From Paragordius varius (Eukaryota; Animalia; Nematomorpha), in the NCBI GenBank assembly GCA_964247055.1, contig OZ176056.1, forward strand, positions 5,704,001 to 5,768,000: a DNA stretch of 64,000 bases, in the 5' to 3' direction. The position numbers and the translations under genes were made by a program. The notes under the pieces were generated by a model. The model worked only from the letters and a program-made list of their open reading frames with translations. It was not told where the DNA came from and ran no database searches. Below, in pieces: positions 1 through 12,815 of this stretch; position 1 is the first letter of the stretch, and the number at the start of each line of letters is the position of its first letter.

Positions 1-59
1 TTTCACATGCCCTTGTGAAAAACTCCTTACGGAGTAGATGTTTTTGCAGACAAAACTGG

Positions 60-130
60 CCTCTGCTGTTCGTTCACCAAAGGTGATCCGACCAACACCG
101 CGGGGAGGTAGCAGTAGGACTTTGTTGGTC
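60..130 (-). ncRNA. HDV-like self-cleaving ribozyme, probably the 5' end of an RTE element running left out of the window
   Basis: Minus strand reads GACCAAC-AAAGU-CCUA-CUGCU-ACC-UCCCCGC-GGU-GUUGGUC-GG-A-UCACC-UUU-GGUGA-A-CGAAC-AGCAG-AGG. This gives P1 7 bp starting G1-C, P3 ACC/GGU, L3 UCCCCGC, P1.1 CC/GG, a P4 hairpin, a catalytic-C J4/2 (CGAA) and P2 CUGCU/AGCAG extended by CCU/AGG. The RTE link is inferred from the known association of these ribozymes with RTE 5' ends. Confidence 0.85.
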
Positions 131-2537
131 GTTATTTGCAGAATCCACATGAATTATGTAATTCTAAAAATTATATACATAATCAAATAATTTTTTAACC
201 AAGCGATATTATTATTGAATTTTAAATAATATTTTTAATAATAAAACATTTTAATGTTATTGTGTCATCCATTAGTAAAACTTAGTTTCACGCTTTAAAG
301 ATGAGGGACTCCATGTATTTTAAACTACCCATATAGTTTATAGTTAAGGCCAACCGTGGTAAATAAAAAAATCTTTTGAAGGATATCTACTAAAAGTTTG
401 ATATACCTTTGTACATTTAGTAATTGTTGAGCTTGAGGATTTCAAGAATATATTAAGTTTTAAAATTTAAATTATATTTAAAGAAGAATTCTAAAATGCC
501 AAAAAAGACATCGATGATGAAATGGTTGGTTCTGAGGCTTACTTTTGCTTTAGAGACATTAAATGTTTTAAATACTAGTTTTCATTATTATACCAACATA
601 ATGATTAATCCACGCTAATAAAAAATGTTAGATGATTTTTATTTAATTTATTTTATTAATGATTCCCTTCCATTCTTATTGAGTTTAGGAAATATAGGAA
701 TGTATTATTGTTTTATATAATTTTCAGTATAACCTCCCTCCAGTCAAATATTAAGTAACTTGGCCAATTTGATATTAAATATGCGCATTTCATTGAAGAA
801 TACTAACTGATTCCTAGTTATATTTTAAGAAAATCCCAAAGTTGAAAAGGTACATAAATTTCGTCAAAGATGTGCCAAGCAAATGCTTATATTAAAAGAA
901 TATTATCTTCATATGTGTCGGTTTTATAATAAGGTGCACCCCCTTAAAACTTTTTTGATTGGAAGCAATGGTCTGAAGCAGTGGTATTTAAAATCTTTAA
1001 AAGGTCACTAAAAAATATTATCTTGTCTCAAGGTCCATGCACCGATAAAATCCGAAAAATATTCATAGTTGTTTGATACATTTAACTAATAATCATAAAA
1101 AAAATATACCAAAATATTTAATAAATAGGGCCGAATGTCCCCAATTTGAGTACCATTGTCTAAAGCAGGGGTGTCCAACACATATAGTTTGGCGGGCCAC
1201 ATTTTTCGATAAAAATAATCCCATGGCAGCATTTAAATATTTATACATCTAATATTTTATTAGATTTTATACATAAGATTTTTGTAAAAACTACTTAATA
1301 ATTTAACAATTTTTTCTATGCCTACGTAAAGATGTAAAAAATGTTTGAGAAAATTAGTTTAACCTATATTGCAGGGCGCAGTTTAAATTAAGCTTTTTAA
1401 AAATCCCAGGGATATGGATTTATTTCAAAGGCTTTTATAACATGCCATTGACGATAAAAATCAAATATTCAATATTTATACCAATAATAATTATAGTCAA
1501 AACTGTTAACACTATTAACTTTTATATGTATAAAAATAGATATAGGGTACAGACAGGGTTTATAAATTTTATTGAATTATAAATATTATTGGCTAGAATA
1601 AAACATGAATCTTATTATTTGGTTCAAAAGTTTACACTTTGAAAATTTAATTAAACACAGTTATTAGCCCGATATAATAAATCACAAATTTGTTAAAATA
1701 TAATCAGACGGATTTTCAGTTAATTTTTATTTTAATAAATCATTTTTTGGCTTATTAATATAATTAGTCGGTAAATTGGTGAAGTTTTTTTTAATGTGGT
1801 ATAATCGAAAAGGCATAAAGTGTGAACAATTTATTAAGAAAAATGCAATTTTTAAAATAATAGAAACTTATATTTTAAGAAATAATATTTTAAAATTATT
1901 AAATATAAAAACTAACATATGAAACCATTATAATTTATTTGCCTGTTGTAGGGTTTTTTTTCAATGTAAAAATAACGGTGAGAAGGGGGATTAAGGTGAC
2001 ACTTTGATTCAAAAATTGGTATCTAAATCACTACATAATTAATTTGTTATTTTTATAAAACTGTCAAAAAACGGTAGTTTTAGTTTCTATCCTAATCTAA
2101 TTAGATAAATAAGACTATATATCTAAAGAAATTTAATTTTTTAGACAAGTTGCAAATTAAACGGTTTGACGCAAATATCGTGCTAATATTTATTTTTCAT
2201 CAAAAATTGATGGAAACAGAAAAGTGGTTTATATGCATTATTAAATTTTACAAATGCGCACATGTCATACTAAATTTTTAACTTTTGGATGTCTTACAAA
2301 AATTATTTTGGATGAATTCTTATACTTCGGTGTTTAAAATTATAGCGCGAATTTCGCCATAGTCTAATTCCATATTTTTATCTAACTTTATTAGGCCTGG
2401 GGTATCCAACGAGCTATATTTGAATAGAAAGGACTTTGTTGAAATCTTAAAGATATAAACGGTTGAGAAAATGTTTTACACATGATATGATTAAAGCATG
2501 GTATTTTAAATTATTGACTTTTTAGTGAATAAAAATA

Positions 2538-5075
2538 ATGTTTTCTTCCAGTACGCAAAAGAAAAATTGGATATTTGTTAATGATGAATACTTAAATAAG
2601 TTAAAAGAAGAATCTATAGCTAATTACATATCAAAGTATACCGAAAAATCACAAGTAAATTTGCGTTAAATTTTTTGGGGATTCATAGAAAGTTTGGATG
2701 ATGTATTTTTAACATTGGAAGAGGAAAAAGAAATTTGCAACGTTTATTTAAAAAGGTTATGGGATTTTTATTTATTATACCATCCTGATCTGCCGAGACC
2801 CGTTGTGGTTTATATATAATTTTTTAACTTCCATTTAGGAAATCGCAATAAATTATTACAAACGATTTTATCTGGTTACATCTGTTATGGATTATCACCC
2901 CAAAGAAATCTTGTTAACTTGCCTTTTCTTGGCATGCAAAGTCGATGAATTTAATTTAACTCTGGAACAATTTTTGGCTCCCTTGAAAGGCGACCTTAAA
3001 AAATTGGCCCAAGTTATTTTTGTATTTAACAGTAAAAGTTTCATTGGACATAAACGTAAAAAATGTAAAACATTTATAATTATAAAACTTGATTATTTGT
3101 AATCAAACCTATTGTTTAAAAATTTAAATAAATAATACACACTACATATAGAAAAAAATAAAATTTAAAAAAATATGGCTCTCTATATATGAAAGAAAAT
3201 TCCTTTTATTTTACCCTTTGTCTTTATTAGGTCATCATTAGTCACGAAATGAAAGTGATTGAACGCTTAAATTTTCAAGTCATTGTACATACACCCTATC
3301 GGCCATTGGAAGGATTTTTTATCGACATAAAAGTTGCAAGTTATTATAAATAATCGATTTCAGTTAGCGTTTGCTTTACTTTTAGAATTTCTTTTTAACG
3401 ATTCCAGACAGATTTAAATTGCAAAATATTAAATATCATATGGCTGTTAAATTTGTTTAACTGTAGAAGTTATAAAAAAAGTATTTTTTTATATATATTT
3501 AAACATAATCCAAATCGTATTATTTTTTTCATCTTCGTAAAATAAAATGCTAAATTTTTTTTACATTATTTATATTGCACAGACCCGTGTACCCTCATTA
3601 AAGGATGCCGATAAACTTAGAATTGGTGCAAATATATTTCTTGATAATTTAAGCTTTACAAATGCATCCTTCCTATACAGCCCTTCACAAGTAAAACTAT
3701 TCCTGTTTAAGTGAATATTTTAATAAAATATTTTCCTTATCATTACATTTTAATTAGGTAATATAGGAGTGTCCAACACCATACCCTCATAAATATTTTT
3801 GCAGTATGAAAATTTAAATACCAAATTTTACAGAATCCAAGTATAATTTATTTTTAAAAATTGTCTGAACACGGAACTAACAAAAAATAATTTTTCTTAA
3901 TCATGTATTTTGCCGTGCGCCCGTCGAATTTTTCAAAAAATGCTGCCCGCGGGTTTTTGTGCTGGACACAACTGATGTAATAGAAAGTATATGGTATTTT
4001 TAGAAGATCTTTATTTAAAATTTAAAAATATGAAATAATTACTCGTTTAATTTTTAACTATTTTTTAACAATATTTTTTAAATTTTTTATTTTATTATAA
4101 TGTATTCAGATAGCCTTAGCCTCTCTTGTCGTAAGTTGCCAAAAGATAGGGGAATCTCTCACCAGGTATATTATATATTTTAATCTTTTACAAATGCAAA
4201 ATTTTGTCAATTTTATTGCATTATTTTTTATATAAATTTCCAGTTATCTCGATCTCCTTTCAAGTTCGGGTTCTATGGAGGAAAAGGTTATTCTGAAAAA
4301 TACTATTCAAAGTATGATTACTATTTTTATCTTTAAATATAATTTTAAGCAATACTTGAGGCCAGCCATATATTGTTCTAAATTGCACTGATATTTGTCA
4401 AAAAATGGGAATCCTCTATAAACTCGAATATAACAAAAAAAATTAATTTAATAAATAAAAAATACTTTGCAATTAAGACTTATATTAAAAAATTTTACAA
4501 AAAAAATATTAAAGTTTATTTAATAATATATATTGAATAAAAAAACGCAAAATAACGGAAAATCATTACCCTACTATACTATTAATCGGTTTGGTGTCAT
4601 TAAGCAATTATCTTATTTGAGCCCAATTTTCGATTGAGCAAATACAACATATTTTTACATTGCGAAATATTTTCACAATTATCCACTCATTATTGTATAT
4701 GTCATTTCTTGAAGTTTTTGCAATATTTAGGATATATATTATAATTGTGTTATCCGCCACATTTTCGCCCTTTTAACTCAATATTATATCTTATCTTAAA
4801 CAAGACAAATTAAAATATATTAATCCAAAATTTTATAATTTTTAAATAGTATAAAAAAGTTATTAATTTTACATATGAAATTTTTCATAGATTTAAAATC
4901 CATGGCCGAAAAATCGATATATAATGACACTTCACAATTCAAATTGTTGGAAGTAAATCCAAAAATTGCTTTTATCGAACAAAAATTATCTAAATGTCGA
5001 AATCCTGAGAATAACCCATTGACACCTGAATTTGAGAAAAAAATACGGATTGAAATGGGCTTGGAAGATTTTTAA
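2538..5075 (+). CDS. CCNH: Cyclin H. Exons 2538-2654, ~2688-2807, 2839-3012, 3231-3332, 3583-3690, 4110-4165, 4244-4311, 4891-5075 (intron 1 junction ambiguous)
   Basis: Spliced translation MFSSSTQKKNWIF...VFLTLEEEKEIC...YYKRFYLVTSVMDYHPKEILLTCLFLACKVDEFN...LNFQVIVHTPYRPLEGFFIDIK|TRVP...FLYSPSQ|IALA...KLSKCRNPENNP matches cyclin H motifs. Introns 2-7 are GT-AG with consistent phases. Confidence 0.95.
3764..3974. mobile_element. Small decayed hAT-type MITE in CCNH intron 5
   Basis: Ends TAGGAGTGTCCAAC ... GCTGGACACAACTG resemble a CAGGGGTGTCCAAC TIR; a similar end occurs at ~1166. Confidence 0.5.
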
Positions 5076-5783
5076 TCAAAAACGCTATTTGATGTTTTAA
5101 AAATATTTTGATAAATGTACAACTCATCTTTTAAACCATATTATCAAATATCAAAGATCCCACAGCGGTGTCAAACATATCATCTTGCAAAAAATAATAA
5201 ATGTTACAAATGGTTGCTTTATTTATTTTAATAGAAATACAAATTAATTATTGTTTATTGCATTTTGAGGTATCATTTCTCGCTAAAGCGATAATTTTTC
5301 ACCTTAATAATATCAATTGAACCAAATAAAAATATTCATTCTAAGGCCTTTAGGGTGCATTTTATAAATATGTTATTAGTAAAAAAAAATCCTTTCAAAC
5401 TTTTGCCTCCACTTTTTTTCTGCTTTATTCATTAAATTAAGTTTATCTAGCAAGTTTTCTGTAATAATCCAATTTTAGAAAACACTGTTTGTTTTGATGA
5501 TAAAAAATTTCTACCTATGATATATATATATATATATATATATAATGATGATATAAAAATTTCCAGCTAATTAAATTTCACTGTAAAAAATATGGGTTAG
5601 AAACACGCAGGCAAATTGTAAATGTATCAGGTTTTCACAGTGATTTGGTTCTAGACATGAGGAGTCAATTAGGAAACATATTTTGATTTTGTGTTATTTG
5701 CTCCATATCGATTTGTAATTTAGCGAATATTAAGTTATATCATTTTTGTTGAAAATGACTCACAAAAAAAATATATATATTTA

Positions 5784-7590
5784 TAAAAATGGAAACTGGT
5801 GATCGTTTCCTGAAAACCGTTACCCTTTAAATCCAAATGTCAAAAAATATAATCATTAATGAATGCTCCGACAATATTTTCGCCCTTTTTTGTTTTAGGC
5901 CCCGATTCGGGCCCACCCCGTGTAAAAAAACGGGTTTTTTTGAAAACACGGGTCCACAAAAATGGTGTTGAGACAATTTTCTGGAAAACGTGTTGGACCA
6001 TTCGATTTCAAATATAATTTTTTTACTTGTTTTTTGCGCATAGTCTGCTCGCTTTTATAATTTCTCTTTTTGCCGTTCCCCCGTAAAATGCCAACTTTTT
6101 CAAAAAAAAACATGTTACAAAAAATAATTTTTTTGAATCGATTTTTCGCCCTAGGTATGAGTCTGTAAACATTCAATAAAGATTCCATGTATTCCCTGTT
6201 AAAAGGCAAAAATTTGACTGGAGCGTTTCTTTTATATTTCTGCCGAGTATGGCCCGTCATAACGAAATAACGTGCCTTTGGGGCCAAATTTCAGAAAACC
6301 TATCAGGCCATATAAGTTCAATAGCTGCTTAAAATATTACCCTAACAAGGCAAAAATTTAGGTCGTGCGGTTTTTTTAAATTAGGCGTTAATTAGGCCCT
6401 TCACGCCCTGAAAAATGCGCCACATAGAATGTTTTTTTAGTTTTGAGGAAATTTTTCTAAAAACTAATGGGAGCCTATAATCAATCATGATTCCAGTTAT
6501 TCTCCGTAAAAAGACAAAAATTTTAATCAAGTGCTATCAGCCTCTGGGTAGGGAGCTACCTGCCTAAAACTGCGCCACCATATCGAAATTGCGTTGTTTA
6601 GGAACTAATTTTCAGAAAATATATCAGGCCATGTGAGTTCAACAGCTTCTTAAGAAATTACCCGTAAAATTTAGGTCGAGCGGTTTAGCGGTTAAATAGG
6701 CCCTTTACGCCCTAAAAATGCGCTATCACTGAACTAATATTTAATTTTGAAGCCATTCAAAAACTATTAGGAACATATGGAATAAATGATTATTCAGGGT
6801 ATTCCCCTTATAAAGAAAAAATGTTTTATCGAACGTCTTTTTTGTATTGTGGGTAGGAGGCTACCCGTGTAAAACTTCGTTACCATATCGATACAGCAGG
6901 CCTTTAGAGATAAAGAAAACCTATGGGAGTATGTAAGTTTATTAAGGGCCTAAAATCTTTATTATACCTTAAAAACAAATATTTTGGTATAGGGGGTTAT
7001 TTTAATGAGTGGCTAAGTAAAGTTTTACGCTCATTCGCCGCCCCACAATTTTTTAATTTTACGGCAATATTTCCAAAAACTTATAGGAACATATGAAATC
7101 CATAATAATTACAGATATTCCCCAAATAAAGGCAAAATTTTGCCTAACACTTTTTTATACTTGTTCCTGGGTAAGGAGCTACCCTCCGAAAACTGCGCCA
7201 CTATATTTAACTTGCGTTGTTGTGGAGCTAATTTACAAAATTTATGAAGCTATATATGCTCATTAAAAGCTTGAAATACCCGTAATTAGGTAAAAATTAA
7301 GGTCAGGCTTTTTATTAGCCGTTAATTTGAGGCCTAATGTCCTAAAAATACGCCATCCTATAACGATTAATTAGTGTTGAGGTATTTTTCCGAATAACCT
7401 ATGAGACGATGGTATCAATGAGGATGCCAAATATTTCCCTATAAAGGCAAGGAACTAACTCAGCGTTTTTTTATATAGGTCTATGGGTAGGAGTCTGCCG
7501 ATTTAAAACGGAGACGGCTTACAAAAATGGCGTGGTTTTGAAGCTAATTTTCTAACTCAAGAAGCCATACGAGTTCAGTTAAACACATTT
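5784..7590. repeat. Interspersed repeat family B, with an internal diverged ~315-bp tandem array (~6140-7590)
   Basis: Shares the terminus TATAAAAA(T/C)GGAAA and the block CATTAATGAATGCYCCGACAAT with 32672-33535, 57087-57425 and 63389-64000. The motif GGGTARG(G)AG-CTACC recurs at 6546, 6851, 7169 and 7485. Confidence 0.75.
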
Positions 7591-7611
7591 CTGGGGAACT
7601 TGTATAATATA

Positions 7612-7900
7612 CCATTTTCAATTCGAATCCCTTGAACAATTCAAAATCACCCTCGAACAATTAATTCACCCTTGTACAATTCAAATTTACTCTAAAGATA
7701 AATTACGTGTTTTCGGGCTAATATAACTCATCATTAATAAGAAATATATTATGGCATAAATTATTATTTTTTTAGCATTATATTAATTTTAAACGAAAGT
7801 TCACTATTCAGAAATATAAAAATATAGATATTTTTTAATAAAAAACATAATTTATTTTATGGGGATTCGAATTCTTTAAGGGTGAATTCGAACTGTAGAT
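7612..7900. mobile_element. MITE family C (subterminal 21-bp repeats), copy 1
   Basis: TA-CCATTTTCAATTCG start and AATTCAAATTCACCCTCGAAC-type repeats; homologous to 50704-51015 and 60630-60959. Confidence 0.75.
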
Positions 7901-7957
7901 ATATCATTATCCCTTGATCCCAACTGTGTGAACACAATTTCAAAATAAAACTTTTAA

Positions 7958-8535
7958 CACTTGGATACAACAGATTCATTTTATCCTTTGATTCAAATTG
8001 GGGTATTTAAATACCCAAGTCCTGTTTAAAATTAAATTCTTTAAAAAATATGGAAGAAATCGAAACCATGGCAAAATTGTGCACTTATTTAAACATTAAT
8101 AAACCGAAATATATAAAAAAATTTATTTAAAAATACTTGATATTATTATTTTTAGCTAAAACCGAGAGGTAAAAATTTCGCCAACGTGACATGTGTGGAA
8201 TGGTAAAATTGAAAAATACTACGGAATAAACCGCTTTTTCTATTTCTATCAATGTTAAATGTAATTAAAATAAAAAAATAGCTTTAATTTTACCCTTAAA
8301 ATTAAATGAAGACGATATTTTGCAAAAATTTTGTAAAATGAAAATGACGTCGAAGTAGTTTGACATGGAACTTATTTTTTCAAAACAAAATTTTAGATAT
8401 TTTGGCATATTTATATAATTTTTATTAGGAGAGAAGCATAAATTTAAATTTGGAACGTTTCTTTTAGTAGTTTTTATAAAAATTTAACTCAAATTTAGTC
8501 TGGGGTATTTAGATAACCCAAATTAAATCGAAGTG
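7958..8535 (+). mobile_element. TTAA-flanked ~580-bp MITE (family A, piggyBac-like target site), copy 1
   Basis: TTAA|CACTTGGATAC ... AATCGAAGTG|TTAA, with subterminal hairpin TGGGGTATTTAGATAACCCA; colinear with 19731-20295 and 54720-55301. Confidence 0.85.
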
Positions 8536-9137
8536 TTAACCATGATTTTGTAAAACAAAAATCTTAAAATAAACCTAAAGATACTTGAATATTATTTTAA
8601 TAAGGTACACTTTAAATATGGTCAATTTCGAGTACCAATATTTGAGCCTATGCAAAAACCCGTAAAAGAATAATTGAATACATACTTTTTATTGAATATG
8701 TTTTTTTATTTTTTATCTTCATTACCTCTATTTGTTGCAAATTATTAAGAATAATTATCGGTGAGACTACGTCCAACAAAGCGAGACAGGGCCAGCTAGT
8801 ATATCATAAATAATATCATAAAGTATGGCAGTATTTATATAAGTATTATAAATGTAAGATTGAAATAAATTTTTGACCCCTATGGAAAGAGGTTTTTACT
8901 TATTTATAATTAACCCTTTTTTTGAAAATGCGGCCTACCAGACTTAAATCGGGCACTCCTGCTAAAAGTTAAAAAAATAATATAAGGTTTTTTAATGCTG
9001 AGCAATGTTTTATTTTTTAATTTTTACCAAGAAATTTGAAACAGTATTTAATTTAAGCCCTAGGATACCAAACTACCCCCAATAATCGCCTCAAATGAAA
9101 AGGTTTTTGATTAGATGTATGTTAAAATGAATGTACA

Positions 9138-9852
9138 ATGTATCTAACCACGCTTTTTCGCTCGATAGTTATTAACAATACTAGATGCCTATCATTTAGT
9201 TCGCCAAAGCTGGGCTTGATGGAATTTTTCGATGAACCTCAAAATTGGCACAAAAAAGATATTCGTCATGGTAATTGTTTTTAATTATATAAGGTAGGGA
9301 ATGGCAGGTGGAGGATTTAAGAATCAAAAGTAATGAAGATATACATAAGTTATGGTTTGTTCTTTATAAAGAATTAAACATGCTGATGACAATGGAACAC
9401 GAATACAAAAGATTGAATAAATTATTTCCTGCCCCTGAGAGAATTGACAAAGTTAAACTCATTTTATAATCGATTAGGTTAAAGAGGGGATGAAAAATAT
9501 TGAATCGGTTGTTTTCGAACGCAATGAAAGTTATCATCTATTGGAAAGAGGTATATCTCACAAGCGACAAGGTGAATTTCTATATCATCCGGTTGGTGTT
9601 AGGGTGTATCGCGAAAATAACGAATGGCCTATTCCAAAAGAACTTAATAACGAAGAATTAGCCAAGGGCTATAAGGAATTCATTCTACCAGATGATCCAG
9701 AAGTTAAATATTTTTGGCCAAGACTTAAAGAAAAACATATAACGCTACGAATAAGGGCTAGTAAAAAGCGGCGAAAGTTAAATGAAAACATCGATCAAAT
9801 TACAAAAGAGTCTTCGGCACGATTGAATGAACGCTTAAAACAAAATTCTTAG
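9138..9852 (+). CDS. MRPL47: Mitochondrial ribosomal protein L47 (uL29m). Exons 9138-9270, 9294-9451, 9478-9852
   Basis: Spliced translation ...[20 protein letters not shown]|[52 protein letters not shown]|[15 protein letters not shown]... carries the MRPL47 signature (KSNEDLHKLW, PERxDKV). Introns are 23 and 26 nt, GT-AG. Confidence 0.95.
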
Positions 9853-11483
9853 CTAAATCTTATTTTTCATTTATCAACGAAATGTTTATAGATTTGTTGA
9901 AATTTTCAATAAAAATGGTTAAGTGTACAGTTATCTAAACCACATTATTATTTTATTTAAAAATCAATAATAACAAAACATAGATATAAAGGATTTATAC
10001 CTCCTTAAACTTTAAAATATAATTTCATTAAGCTTTAAAAAATATATATACTTTTTTCAAAGAGAATATGAACGATTTTATTTTTAATCGTAATAAGCGC
10101 AAATCAATTGAGACGCTATATCAGTGGTACAGATCAAAAAAAATTGCACTTTCTTTGTATCAGCAACGCTGTTTTCTTGCATATGCAGATATTTATTATA
10201 TTTTAAATCAATACACTGATATTTTTTCGGGTCGCATATAAATCGGGGTTATGCCTCTTCTTAAATTTATAAATAATTTTTTTTCCTATTATTATATTAT
10301 AATCAGTTACTTAAGTAGACATATCATTCTCAACATTATTCAGCCTCATTACAAGTCAATTAAATTTTTTAAATACATCGAAGAAACTTTAAAATACGCT
10401 TGGTTTTTGAGAGACAAAGGTAAATGTAACCTGAGCATATTTTTAATATTTTTTGGGACATATCAAAATATATTGTTTCTCAAGAATGTTATTTGATTAT
10501 AGCTGAATCATTGTCAATAACGATATATTCTTTAACAAGATGCGGTGAAGGGAAAATACATAAATAATATTAGAAAGAAGTACATCTAAATATTAATAAA
10601 ATTTGTGAGTTATATGCATAAGCAATCATACATTTAAAATTATTAATTCATGGCCGTAAAAAATCAATTTTAGGGCCGCGGTTTGAGTACTACTGCGCTT
10701 ATGCCTTATAATACCAAGCCGATAATTTAAACGGGTAAGTATTTTATGAAGGAGGAAAATGTCAGAAATTTTTTTAAATAAAACATAAAACATTCTTTTT
10801 AATTTGTTTATTTATCATAGCCTAACCATAATGTCATCAGATATTTTGAACTTTGACGCAATGCAAAATTAAAATATTTTATCTGTTTTTACACCATCGA
10901 TGCGGTATATATTACAGTTTCCACAAAAAAATATCCAAATAAAATATATATATTCTGATAGCAAAATATCAGGATTATCATGGTGCTTTTGGTTTAAATT
11001 TTTAGATGTGGGCTCCGAAAGTCTCAAATTTTTTCACCCGTCTAAAATGGATTGTTCTCTTTAAATAAACGCAAAAATCTACATTGTGCAACAATTTTAA
11101 ATATATGGTAAATTTTGATATCGATTAAATATGTATTAAAAAAATGCATACTTTCAAGATTTAATTTTTTGAAAAAATTTTGAAGCAAACTTCATAATAT
11201 TTTGAGCATGATGGAAATGATATAAACGGTTGAAATTCCTAAATTATATTAATTATACAATAAACTCCATTTTTTGGTTATCAATTCACAACTTATCTCT
11301 TGTCAAATACTATTTTGCTATACTTATATAATTTAAGCATTATCATCTCTATTAAAGTTTTAGATTTAATTCATGCCTACCTTTTTTCATTGATTTTTAT
11401 CAACTATTGCGTTACATATCCTAAGTTGATGTCTTAGTACAACAGATAAATTATGAGGTAGCCCTATTTTTATAAGGTATACC

Positions 11484-12815
11484 TAGGGTTGTGATTATGA
11501 CCCCCTTTTTGAAAAAGGGGGTCGGACCTAGGTCCGACCTAGGTCATACCATATGTTACTGCCAATAATAAATAACTAACATAAATACTTGATTAAATCA
11601 CATAAAAAAGATTTTTACATAAAGTATATATTTTTTAAATTATACTTTCACCAATCCTGATAATTTAAATTTCTACAATTAACGATCTTTCCTGGAATCA
11701 TACATAAAGACTAATAGAAGGTTTCAAATCACAGAAAGCTATGACTAACGAGAAAATATGGATTTATTGAAATCTATTTACGCTCTAATTATTTAAATTG
11801 TGTAAAAACGTGTCACTGTCCATGAACTCAACGTTAACTTAGGATGGTTCAAAGTTTTTATACTTTGGTTTTTATATGATTTATTAGATTTAATATATAA
11901 TCGTGCTCCTACATTTAAAATTTCAGTAATCTTATTAAGTTTAATATATTCTTTGATCGAATTTATTATATGACATTGGCATCCATGCCATATTATATTG
12001 GAATATTCTTTATTAACCAAATTTTCAGCAGCCTTCATGTTTGCTGCATCATCGGTCACAATGGCATTAATTTTTATAATTTCCAATATCTTTATAATTG
12101 GTTCCATTTTATAGATATATTCGGCAGTCTTACTATGATAAGATGTGTCAATAGTTAATAAAAAATGACTTTTAGTATCTTTGGCCAATAATATTAATTA
12201 TTCTCCCTACGATGGTAAAAGGATCGACGATTAACGAAATATTATTTTTACATATTCCAATAACTTCTATTTTTATATCTTCATAACATGAATCTAGTAA
12301 TTCATTGGAAATCTGTTTTCTATTTGAAATAGCATAATTGGGTTTTAATTATAAATGAAACTCCGAAAATGTTTATTTTCATTTATGTTTAGAATTGAGA
12401 ATGTAAAAATAAATTTTGCTAAATGTTTCTGGCTAATTTTCTTGAAAATAGAATTTTTAAGACTTTTAAGAAATTAAATACTTAGCTTGTTTTTGACCAT
12501 CACCTTCTGTCATATAATTTATTTCATGAACTTCTTTCAGATGCTTCATTAGTTTTTTATTTATTTATATAGTGTAATTGCATTCCTTGCATGTAACTTG
12601 ATTTTTTTGATCGAAAAATTTCCACAAGACTGATTACATTATGATTTAGGAAGTAAAGAAAAGATGTTTATTATGCATTAATACATATATAAATAATATA
12701 AGGTTTGTTTTCCTAAAAATTGTAAAATTAAAAAAATTAAAAATTAAAAAAAAATTGTAGGTCATTTTTTTTCGTAGTCATGACCCTAGGTCATTGACTA
12801 ATGGGCACAACCCTA
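11484..12815 (-). mobile_element. Internally deleted hAT DNA transposon with BED finger and transposase remnants
   Basis: TIR TAGGGTTGTG/CACAACCCTA. ORF 11793-12188 contains AIVTDDAANMKAA...IIWHGCQCHIIN (hAT DDE region). A frameshifted BED finger LWKFF..VTCKECN..LMKHLKEVH lies at ~12530-12640. Flanks GGTATACC/GTTATATT match 5/8. Confidence 0.8.

Noticed and set aside
5895-6287. 130-aa ORF and similar short AT-rich ORFs in the track (10251, 13198, 33911, 36650, 49738, 53040, 59231, 60486)
   Set aside because: They lie in MITEs/repeats or low-complexity DNA, are I/F/K/L/N/Y-rich and have no motifs; 60-130-codon open stretches are expected by chance.
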